DNA of 64,000 nucleotides from Nitrososphaerales archaeon (lineage in GTDB: Archaea; Thermoproteota; Nitrososphaeria; Nitrososphaerales; UBA213): assembly GCA_965197925.1 (NCBI GenBank), contig CBDAOC010000017.1, positions 1-64,000 of the forward strand. The letters run 5' to 3'. The stretch's first letter is position 1, and each line of letters begins with the position of its first letter. The notes under the pieces were generated by a model. That model was given only the letters and a program-made list of their open reading frames with translations, was not told where the DNA came from and did no database searches. Both the position numbers and the translations under genes were made by a program. Of this stretch, positions 32,270 to 41,468 are shown in pieces.

Positions 32270-33265
32270 GAGCCTATCCTAAAATTCTATCTGATAGTTA
32301 ATGATTGGTAGAAATGATAACATTTAGAATGCAAGAATATTAGTTCATACTGTCAGGTTTAGTTTTCTTACTATTGATTTTATTAGTATTGTAGACAGTA
32401 GATACTAGAAACAGTTGCATTAACGTGTTTATGACACTACCAATATATCGCTCTGTACACTATTAGACAGTCAGCAAATTCTGCTAGCGCCTGATAATTT
32501 TCCTTCTTCTTCTCGAACCTTACCAATAACTTTCTGAACCTGTTATGCCAAGATGCGGTTCTTTCTACAACCCATCTCTTTGCTTTGTATAAATTCTTTT
32601 TCAACACTTCACCCTTATGACGAATGTGATCCACATATCCCCTTCCTAACTCCATATTTCATACTCCATACTCTATCTCTGGAAAATCATATCCTATTCA
32701 TGCATATGTTCTGTTTAACTTTGGGCCTATCAACAACAATGCTATCTATTGTAGGAAAGGCTGATTTCATATCGTGCTTGTTTGCTTCAGTAATTACAGA
32801 TGAGAGAGGAATACCTCTGCTATCAACCAGCATGTGACGTCTGGTACCTAGCCTGCCTCTATCCGCTGGGTTTGCTCCGGTCGTTTTCCCCCTAATGGGG
32901 CCTTCGGTACGCTATCCATGGATTGCCAGTCCCATCCCATGCCCTTCAATTCGTCATATATTTCCAGCAGCCTCTCCCATACCTTCTTGAATACTCCTAT
33001 CCCAATCCATTCCTGAAATCTTGCATGGCAAGTTGAGCCAGAACCAAATTCTTTCGATACCTTCTTCCACTGGCATCCAGTTCTTAATACGTACAGTATT
33101 CCATTCAACACTTTTCTAAATGGCACAGCTGGCCTTCCAACTGTTCTTGCTGGTTTCCCTGGCGGCAGCACTAGTTTGAACTCTACCCATAGATCATTTG
33201 GTATATGCCATATGGTCGGCATGCTCTTTTTCTTTGATTTTCTCACAAATTTAGCTAGAGAGGAC
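32270..33265 (-). mobile_element. IS5-family element (two-ORF frameshift type), degenerate, one end missing
   Basis: TIR-like GAGCCTATCCTAAAATT after TTAA; transposase GILYVLRTGCQW...KAPLGG / RHMLVD..GIPL / RWVVERTASW..RFRKL; extra lesions. Confidence 0.9.
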
Positions 33266-33429
33266 AGATCTAGAACATACGAAAACGTAAACTAGCCATT
33301 TTAAAATTTTGACAAATCTGACGGCCATTATATAATGAATAAAAATTGATCATGGTTGAATGAATTGATAACGGCAAGGTCATGCCAGCTCATTGAATGA
33401 GGAAGCCAGCGTAGTCGTTGGTAGTTCAC
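33266..33429 (+). mobile_element. 164-bp cassette, copy 1; IS200/IS605-type tnpB 3' end / omegaRNA-like remnant
   Basis: Identical reverse complement of 34285-34448; ends TCATTGAATGAGGAAGCC (SLNEEA, like a TnpB C-terminus)...GGTAGTTCAC, a typical IS605-group right end. Confidence 0.7.
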
Positions 33430-33573
33430 GGATCAATGGAAAGGGAAGAGTTGGAGTTGAGAGAGATTATATGATTTATATAAGCATTTGATAACTATAT
33501 ATGAGATAAATATGTCTTATACAAATATGTATATACGTTTATATGGCATCGCTGTCTATTAAGAAATAGGTAA

Positions 33574-33843
33574 TTGGAAATGAGTAAAATAATACACTCT
33601 CCAAAATTAGATACGATTAGAATGGTAGAAAATGCTATCAAGACAGCAAAAACATACCCCTCAACCAACCAACTCTCCCGCACTCTAGAAAGACAGGTTC
33701 AGTATCCAACTCTCAAAACAATATTGAAGTATTTGGAAGAAAGTAACAAAATAATGTTTGACAAAGACGGCTCGATTATATGGATCTTCGCTGGCAATGC
33801 AAAATCCAAGAAATTACTATCTAGTGCTACCAGATATCGTTAA
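33574..33843 (+). CDS. Small winged-helix protein (putative antitoxin or regulator)
   Basis: HSPKLDTIRMVE...YPTLKTILKYLEESNKI..DKDGSIIWI, a small archaeal wHTH pattern. Confidence 0.7.
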   Translation: MEMSKIIHSPKLDTIRMVENAIKTAKTYPSTNQLSRTLERQVQYPTLKTILKYLEESNKIMFDKDGSIIWIFAGNAKSKKLLSSATRYR

Positions 33844-34173
33844 CTTGTGTGGTATCCAAATCTTTTATCATATTCTTTATGCTGTAATACTTCCAAAATC
33901 AGACATGTAGTCTCTTTACCATTCGCTCATAATGGTATAGATCATTCTCCAGTTAGATCCTATAGCATATCTGAATAGATTGGTGATACCAAATTTCTTG
34001 ACATATTTCTTCGGCCAATGATTTTTCTCTATCTTATCACCTATATTAGGCTCTACTTTAAGAGAATCCATAGCTTCATCAATGTAATTCTTTAAATCAT
34101 TATTTAGATTATGAGACTTGTAAAATTTATCAAATTCCTTACTGCCAGAGATAGGTATTTCTCTCTTAGCCAA
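33840..34173 (-). pseudogene. RelE/ParE-like toxin, frameshifted near 33920
   Basis: PNIGDKI...NLFRYAIGSNWRMIYTI then the shifted frame gives LILEVLQHKEYDKRFGY*. Confidence 0.7.
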
Positions 34174-34284
34174 TTATAAGATAGACAAAATATTTAGTTT
34201 ATAGGATTAACGGTTTAATTAAACTACTAACCATATTCCCAACCATTTTTTCCCAACATATTATTTCCCAGTGCTTGTGACTAT

Positions 34285-34448
34285 GTGAACTACCAACGAC
34301 TACGCTGGCTTCCTCATTCAATGAGCTGGCATGACCTTGCCGTTATCAATTCATTCAACCATGATCAATTTTTATTCATTATATAATGGCCGTCAGATTT
34401 GTCAAAATTTTAAAATGGCTAGTTTACGTTTTCGTATGTTCTAGATCT
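34285..34448 (-). mobile_element. 164-bp cassette, copy 2 (inverted)
   Basis: Base-for-base reverse complement of 33266-33429. Confidence 0.7.
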
Positions 34449-35014
34449 TTTCGATCATGTTACATTAGGGGTCGGCCCGTCACACTAGGTGTGGGGGGAT
34501 GGTGGGTAACATGTGTTCACGCTAGCTGATTATTTGGCGAAATCTGGACTTCATGGCCCATTCCCCCACGGGTCACGCTCCTTCCAGAATCCTCTACCCG
34601 CCAGGGGGTTGCCTTGTGACACCTCCGACCCGTGATCCCTTCAGTCCCGTGAACCTTTCAGTCTCGCGATGCCGTGAAGGGGCAAGGCAATGCGGTAAAA
34701 CGCCACCCATATTGTGTATGGTGGAAAAACCCCTTGCAAATCTTCTGTTATGCTGCCTTCCTGGCATCTGTTGTGGCAGTCGCAGAGTGCGTCCTGCAAT
34801 GCATCGGATCTGACCAGCGGAAAACTCCCATTCACCGTCAAAGCTGTATTTGACTATCCACATACCGAGTCACTCTGAACCATGCCCTCATACGTGGCAG
34901 TGTCCCATCGACTCTCAGATCCAACAGGGTAAATGTCAGTCACCACTATAACGGCAACACAGTGTATGAGTGTATACGCTTAATACGTTCTTTAGTTTAT
35001 TATGAATAACTGCT

Positions 35015-36483
35015 ATGGATGAGACAAATGACTCCCAAGATATTTTGATAGATCGCATTCATGTTGCAACTGGAGTATATTTAGTTAGAAAAAATGCCAA
35101 ACAAGCATTTCAAGATGCTAAATTTCTTTATGATAATCAAAAATTCCAAAATGCAATTCCTCTTTTTATAATCTCTCTTGAAGAAGCGTTGAAATCTCAT
35201 GAATTAGCCATTAAATTCAGAAAAAAACAATCCATTAGTTCTCAAGATTGGAATAATCTCCAAATTCATAAACATAAGCTAAGTTTTGTTTCAGATCTTG
35301 CAATTGAAAATATGGAATCTATGGATGAGGAAACTGCAAAAGATATTGCTAGAGAATTAGGAGAAGAAAATATGGTCAAGCGTAGAAATGAGATCATAGA
35401 CTTGATGAAAGCTGAAAAAGGCATAGAATCTCATTTTCAAAAACTCAAAGAATTTTGTCTTTATCAAAATTGGAATAAAGAATTTGCTGAGTGGGATGAA
35501 TTTGACGGATTGAATTCTGAGCAAAAAGGGGATCTAGCATATTTTGTGATGAAAAAAGCTGAAATTCATCTGCATCAATTAGATATGGCTATTGAAATGG
35601 CTGTCTATGTAATTCGTAGGGATGATTTTATGATAAAGGATCTAGAATTTCCCAGTTATAATGAACTTCGAAAGCCGGTAGATTTTGAAACTACAAATAG
35701 TATACATAACATTCTAGATAATCATTTCAAATATCATAGAGGTTTAAGAATTCTAGAATCAGTAATGGTTAAAAAAGCATTTGCGGTTGTTGATCAACTT
35801 CTTTCGAATGATCTAATAAACAAATGTTTAAAGCTTCCGCCTCGAAATGATTTAGATAACTGGTATCCTCATCCAGTAGTCAAATCAATATTTAATGCAA
35901 TGGCTGCATTGCATGAAGGAAAAAAGGATGGAAATTATGCAGGAGCTTCTGGAGATGCTGATTTAACTCAAAAAGGAGAACCCATGATGTTCGCTGTTTC
36001 AACAATTAATAAAAAAGATAAAATCATAAAAATTGAAAACATTATGATAAATGGAGAAGGGTATTCAATTAATGACAAAGTCATTGAACAAATTATGAAA
36101 ACAGAAATTGTAATAGATGCGGAGCCCGGGGAAAAAATACCGTTAGAAAAAATGCATCTAGCATTATCAAAAATTGGTTTAAAAATGAGAAAATTAAGAG
36201 ATGATGAAATTCAACCTGCAATAGACGATGCACTTTTCATGATTGAAGAAGGGAAGATAAACATTTCAGATGAAATGAAAGAACAGATTAAACTCGTAAC
36301 CCCGCAAAATAGGATCCTAACATACGTATAATAATTGGGACTAATTTTAGTTGTAAAATTCTAAAAGATGAAAATACAATTGTAATGACTGGCCAATACG
36401 ATCCATTAGAAAAATTCAAAGTTAGAGGAATGATATATGCTATGTTAGTTACTAGAAATAAACTGAGACTGGGCACAGGTTGA
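35015..36483 (+). CDS. AbiV-like HEPN protein with a long C-terminal extension (probable frameshift near 36310)
   Basis: KNAKQAFQDAKFLY...AIPLFIISLEEALK...HKHK...KEFCLY fits the AbiV pattern; ORF 35015-36331, shifted frame continues DPNIRIIIG...LGTG* to 36483. Confidence 0.7.
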
Positions 36484-36739
36484 TATAAATAGCAAGGCAA
36501 TCAATTTTTACAGTTTTAAAGCAACCTTAGACTTGATAAACCTCCCCTCCTCCGAAACATGCCATTCATGTTATTCCATCGTATGTTGCCCCACTGTACC
36601 AATGACTTTAAGAGTTTAGGTGATCCAGAAGCAACATAGAATCTATACTACGAGGATAAACTATAAGATCAATAAATGTGGAAAAACATTTTGAGCAGAT
36701 TTCATTTATGAACCAAGATTAGACCGCAAAAACGAAAAG

Positions 36740-37052
36740 GATGTCGATGTCAGGGATGTTGCTCATACACATCACACGGGACAATATGATCATAACCGGT
36801 GCAGCAGTCCACAGAGGTATGGCTCCGTCATAGGGAGCTAAATGACACCAACACTACATCGACGAGGGCATCAGGGGACTGCAAACGCGGCGGAACAGGA
36901 AGGACTGTCACGGATTTCCAAGGAGGACATGATCTTGATAAAGCGGCCTCTACCATAACGCCCCTGAGGAATTCCATGTCTATGGAGTCCCCATCAATCA
37001 GCACGGCCATCTGGCGTGAGTTGGTTGTCATAACGCAATAGGCATCTACCAT
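36740..37052 (-). pseudogene. NYN/LabA-like (PIN-fold) remnant
   Basis: RQMAVLIDGDSID...VMVEAA resembles the NYN N-terminal motif; locally GC-rich; remainder broken. Confidence 0.4.
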
Positions 37053-37139
37053 GAATTATACTGTTTTCTAGATCTGTTTCGGTATAAACAATTAGGCTAT
37101 GATGTTAATTTTCGGATAAGCCCTTATTTGGTATAAATA

Positions 37140-37392
37140 CTGCTGAGTACACTAGGTCTTGTATAATGTTTGACCTTTGTGGCTCCTAGGACTTTGGTAT
37201 TAATGATGAACTCGAACCACAATTTATCAAGTTGAAGGAAAAGAACGAAAGAAGGTTCAACCTAGCCCAAGTATGAATCCTGTATTATTGGAATGGCTTA
37301 TGGGACATGATATAGGTATAGCCGAACATTATCTAGCGAATAATGTCAAGTGGGAATATACTAAATTTGAGAAAACTGTACGAGTTTTCTAA
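37140..37392 (+). pseudogene. Tyrosine integrase/recombinase C-terminal remnant
   Basis: 37273-37392 encodes MNPVLLEWLMGHDIGIAEHYL (LMGH...Y box II). Confidence 0.6.
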
Positions 37393-37488
37393 AAATTGAA
37401 ATGATGATAGATTAGATTTTTGTTACTAGAATAGCTTCTTGTGCATATTTGATCTGGTTCTAGTAACATCAATAATCCAAAATCGTGA

Positions 37489-38049
37489 CTAATCTTGTTT
37501 CTTAGCGGATCCAAGTTTTTTAAGTAACATTATCACCCCTACAACTGAAACACCTGCCAGTAACGCAATGATAGACAACAAGCCTAAGAGATTCTGCCTA
37601 TCAACTGGTTGTAGAACAGTACCAGAACCCAAGGCATCCAAATCTTCCTGGGCATTGGCAAGCAACATTGTTCTGCTGCAAATACTTGTGTGCAATGAAC
37701 CCGAGACATCATGTGCATAGACTAGGTACTTTTCATATTCATTAAAATCATAACTGCACGTTGAACTACTTGATGTTCCAACAACAACTATTTTTTCAGT
37801 AACTCCTTTCCAAGATCTTTCCACATCAAATGTCACACTAATGCTTCCAAGGAAATCGTCAATACCAAGAAAACCCCTATCAACATTTAAAACTGTACCA
37901 GAAAATACAGCTGTAGATTTCTCAAGTGCTTCAATGGGTAGAGGGGATATTCTGCAAGAGCAAGCAAAAGCAGAATCCATACTACCAATTAAGACAAAAC
38001 TTGCTATGATAGTAAAAATCATTAATGAAGTAGTTGGACTCTTTCTCAT
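37489..38049 (-). CDS. Secreted, membrane-anchored TIMP/NTR-like protein
   Basis: Signal peptide ending AFA-CSC; AVFSGTV, FDVERSWKG, CSYDF..KYLVYA, TSICSRT; C-terminal TM. Confidence 0.8.
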   Translation of the reverse strand: MRKSPTTSLMIFTIIASFVLIGSMDSAFACSCRISPLPIEALEKSTAVFSGTVLNVDRGFLGIDDFLGSISVTFDVERSWKGVTEKIVVVGTSSSSTCSYDFNEYEKYLVYAHDVSGSLHTSICSRTMLLANAQEDLDALGSGTVLQPVDRQNLLGLLSIIALLAGVSVVGVIMLLKKLGSAKKQD

Positions 38050-38191
38050 AGAATTTATACATTGCAGGACTCATTTAATCTTTCGCTGAAATCTGCTTAA
38101 GATGACCCACTTCAGTAGAGCATGAAGAATTATGAGTAGCCGATGGTCTACCATATAGCGTTATAATCACATTATCGTAAAATTCAGAATT

Positions 38192-38797
38192 TTGAACCAT
38201 CACGCTTTGTCAGGTCATGTATTAGTAAAACAGCTAGGTGCCGTAAGAGGAATCGAAGGTGATGTGGCACAATGGTATTGGGATGCTGTAACAAACGTAA
38301 TTGATGACAAGTTTGAGTTTGAATCCAGGAGTGGTCAAAGAAAACCCAGAAATGCCATAGATCCTGTTAATGCTTTACTGAATTATGGATATTCAGTTTT
38401 GGAAAGTGAATGTTGGAAAGCCGTCAACAAGGTTGGTTTGGATGCTTATGTGGGATTTTTGCATGAAAATTACAACAACAAAGCATCATTAGTATACGGT
38501 TTGATGGAACCATTTAGATGGCTAGTTGATATCACTGTAATCAAAATAGCATTAAGGAGATTGATAAAGAAAAAGGATTTCCTAGAAACTAATGAAGGTA
38601 ATGTGTGATTAAGACCTAATGGCGTTAAACTACTTTTAAATGAGTTAGGAAAGTTGTTTGGAATGAGAGTTATTTACAAGATCAGAAAGCATCAGTGGTC
38701 TGGTATAATCGAAATAAAAACAAGAGAGTTGATGATGTATATTGATAAAAGATTGGATTATTTCGATTTCAATGTCCTAAGAACTAATATATTATGA
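38192..38797 (+). pseudogene. cas1: Solo Cas1 (casposase-like) C-terminal remnant
   Basis: RGIEG..AQWYW, RNAIDPVNALLNYGY, GLDAYVGFLHE, SLVYGLMEPFRWLVD; in-frame TGA at 38606 then LRPNGVK...QWSGIIEIKTRELMMY..FDF; N-terminus missing; no cas2 or array nearby. Confidence 0.9.
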
Positions 38798-38854
38798 TTT
38801 CAAAAAAGTTAATTCTTGGGATTATTTATAATGTAATATTATGGATAATAAGAT

Positions 38855-39040
38855 ATGGGAATATCATCAGAGGGGCCAAAGTTAAGACAATTTTCGAATT
38901 TCTTAACTAATTCTGACTCAGAGGAATCGAAAAACTACATTGATGATATTATTGCTGGAGGGACTAAAAGGCCAGAGGATCTTTTTGTCCAAAAATTTCT
39001 AAGTGTGGATTTGTGGAAAGAATTAGGTTTTTCTGACACT
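38855..39040 (+). pseudogene. Gene N-terminus cut by an IS (possibly restriction-modification related)
   Basis: ORF runs into the IS end at 39041; PEDLFVQKFL..LWKELGF weakly recalls type I/IIG REase N-termini. Confidence 0.35.
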
Positions 39041-39918
39041 GAAGTCATCCCAATACTCTCCAATACATCATAATCGACGAAATGATAACAAATGCCAGAT
39101 AGTTTTGTGCATTCTTCTCATATCTGATCCTGGTTCTGTGGAACCCATTCTTCAACCAGGCAAAGAATCTCTCCACAACATAGCGCGTCTTGCCGTATAG
39201 GTATTGTTCTGTATTATCATTTTGTTGTTGTGTCTTACTGTTTTTTCTGTAAGGCATGCAGTCAGAGATTTTTCTTTTGGTGAGGTATTTCCTGATGAAT
39301 TCTGCATCATAGCCCTTGTCTGCTTGGCACCGCGCAATTTTTCTGATAGATCTCTCATCCAGATATTGTGAGATGCCATCCATCACGTCTACAAATCTTG
39401 CAGAGTCATGCTGATTTGCAGGACATTACTACTGAGACTGGCAGTCCGTTTTGTTCCACCGCAACGTGTATTTTTGTGCCTGAAATCCTGTTGAATCCGT
39501 TGTATCCTATGACGCTTCCCCTTTTTTGGCCGGAACTGATGACGAATCGACCGTTTTTTGCAGCTGCATCTTGCCTGATCTGTGGGCTGATTTGACTGCA
39601 GCGGAGAGGATATTCTTCCATATTCCACGTCGCTGCCAGTTCTGCAGTCTGCGGTGCGCAGTTGATTTGGAGCCGTACCTTTGTGACATCCCAGTCCACC
39701 TGCATCCTGTTATCCCGACAAACAGGATTCCGTTGACTGTCTTTCTGTCGTCTGCCCTTGGCCTTCCGGTTCTGGCTGGCTTGGGGAGATGCGGTGATAT
39801 CATCTTCCATTGTTCACCTGTTATCTCCTGAAATTTCATGATCTGCTACGGGCAGCATTGCAAATAGATCCAAATGATCGTCAATTATTCACTAAGTGAT
39901 CAGTTTTGGGATCAGTTG
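39041..39918 (-). mobile_element. IS5-family element, copy 1 (878 bp, 2-bp deletion in ORF2)
   Basis: Imperfect 17-bp TIRs GAAGTCATCCCAATACT / CAACTGATCCCAAAACT; ORF1 39507-39839, AAAAAAG slip site, ADKGYD, RYVVERFFAW. Confidence 0.95.
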
Positions 39919-39997
39919 GTTGTTGCAAAAATAGAAGCTGTCTTTTTCACTACATGCTTTGATGTTAACGAATCGTTTATAATTTTATCTTAGATCA

Positions 39998-40342
39998 CTA
40001 TGATTGTAACGGCACAAATACAATATCACTTACAATCTCTTTATGCTCTTGTATTATAGCAGCTCGTAATCTTAGTTTTGCTTCTTTCTTTGAGCTCTGT
40101 TCAATCTTTGCTGTAAATCTTAGTGACTTGTCAATTAATGCCTCTTTGCCGGCATACAGCCTAGTCGAGGGCGTAATTGTTTTACCATCTATGTTTGTAA
40201 AAAGTACCTGATCGCTCGCACCAGTAATATACGCATTCACTTGTATGCCATCAAACCTTCCTTCATAATTTATTAATACGATCCCAGTAATGGTCGAGCC
40301 TGCAAAACTATTCTGATCCATGATTATCTGAATCTCCCTCAT
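39998..40342 (-). CDS. Hypothetical protein
   Basis: 114-aa beta-rich ORF (YEGRFDGIQVN, RAAIIQEHKEI). Confidence 0.75.
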   Translation of the reverse strand: MREIQIIMDQNSFAGSTITGIVLINYEGRFDGIQVNAYITGASDQVLFTNIDGKTITPSTRLYAGKEALIDKSLRFTAKIEQSSKKEAKLRLRAAIIQEHKEIVSDIVFVPLQS

Positions 40343-40376
40343 AAGACTTTCTCGGCCTCACTCCTAATGTTTTTTC

Positions 40377-40685
40377 TCATAACTCGTTCATGATATAATA
40401 TTTGTAACGCTTCTCCACTCCCTCGTTATCTCCATTGAGAACCTCTTTGATCATTTTTACCAGCATACTGGTAACGAACTTGTTCAATGAATCATATTTG
40501 GGTGTATCAACAAATGTGTTTAAGGTATATTCATAGTGCTTCATAAACTCAACGACCTTAGCCCTATATTCTTGCTTCGTTGGCTTTATTTTATATATAC
40601 GAAAGTAATAGTTCGCATTAGGGGCACCATAACTTTTCGCAAGGTTTTCAAGCAAAATGTTTAGCTCGTAATAGAGATCTGACAC
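40377..40685 (-). CDS. Hypothetical protein
   Basis: 102-aa helical ORF co-oriented with its neighbour. Confidence 0.75.
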   Translation of the reverse strand: MSDLYYELNILLENLAKSYGAPNANYYFRIYKIKPTKQEYRAKVVEFMKHYEYTLNTFVDTPKYDSLNKFVTSMLVKMIKEVLNGDNEGVEKRYKYYIMNEL

Positions 40686-40949
40686 GTAACTTCTGCAAAT
40701 TCTATCCTAAAATATCTTCCTCAAAAGTGCTGTCTCGAACAATTGCATGATTGGTGACCAAAGCCTACTGTAGATTCTTTGTCGTAAACATTTTGGTTAT
40801 CGATGCATTGGATCATTTCCTTAACCATATTCAACCATTTTACTGCCCATAGAGCTACCGAAAATCCATGTGAAAGTAGTATTTGTTTAGTTAGTTATAA
40901 ATGGGGGAATTACAGAAAACACTATTAACTTTTGAATTAAAATAATATC

Positions 40950-41468
40950 ATGAAAGTCAATAATTCATACATCGAACTTGTTCAAGGAGATATTACAGAA
41001 CTAAAAACAGATGCGATAGTTAACGCCGCAAATTCCAAGCTGAAACATGGAGGAGGTGTTGCAAGGGCAATTGTAAACAAAGGGGGATATTCGATTCAAA
41101 GAGAATCAGACAAACTGAAATTCTGTCCCGTAGGTAACGCTGTGATAACAACAGCAGGCAAACTGAAAGCACAATATGTTATACATGCAGTGGGTCCTAG
41201 GATAGGAGAAGGTAATGAGGATACAAAACTATTGAATGCAACATTAAGCGCATTGAAATTGGCCGATAAACACAAATTAAATAGTTTAGCATTTCCAGCA
41301 ATTTCTACTGGCATTTACAAATTTCCTACTGATAGATGTGCCTACATTATGCTTAATACTACCATAGAATTTTGTAAAGGGCAGATCAGCTTAACAAAGA
41401 TTATTTTCTGTTTGTATGAGCAACATACACTTTATACGTTCCAAAACACACTTAAGGATTTAACTTAA
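40950..41468 (+). CDS. Macro domain (ADP-ribose binding/hydrolase) protein
   Basis: GDIT, DAIVNAAN, HGGGVA, VIHAVGP, AFPAISTGIY. Confidence 0.95.
   Translation: MKVNNSYIELVQGDITELKTDAIVNAANSKLKHGGGVARAIVNKGGYSIQRESDKLKFCPVGNAVITTAGKLKAQYVIHAVGPRIGEGNEDTKLLNATLSALKLADKHKLNSLAFPAISTGIYKFPTDRCAYIMLNTTIEFCKGQISLTKIIFCLYEQHTLYTFQNTLKDLT

Noticed and set aside
38100..39040. Functional CRISPR-Cas locus or intact casposon
   Set aside because: cas1 is truncated with an internal stop; no cas2, array, PolB or casposon terminal repeats seen in the window.
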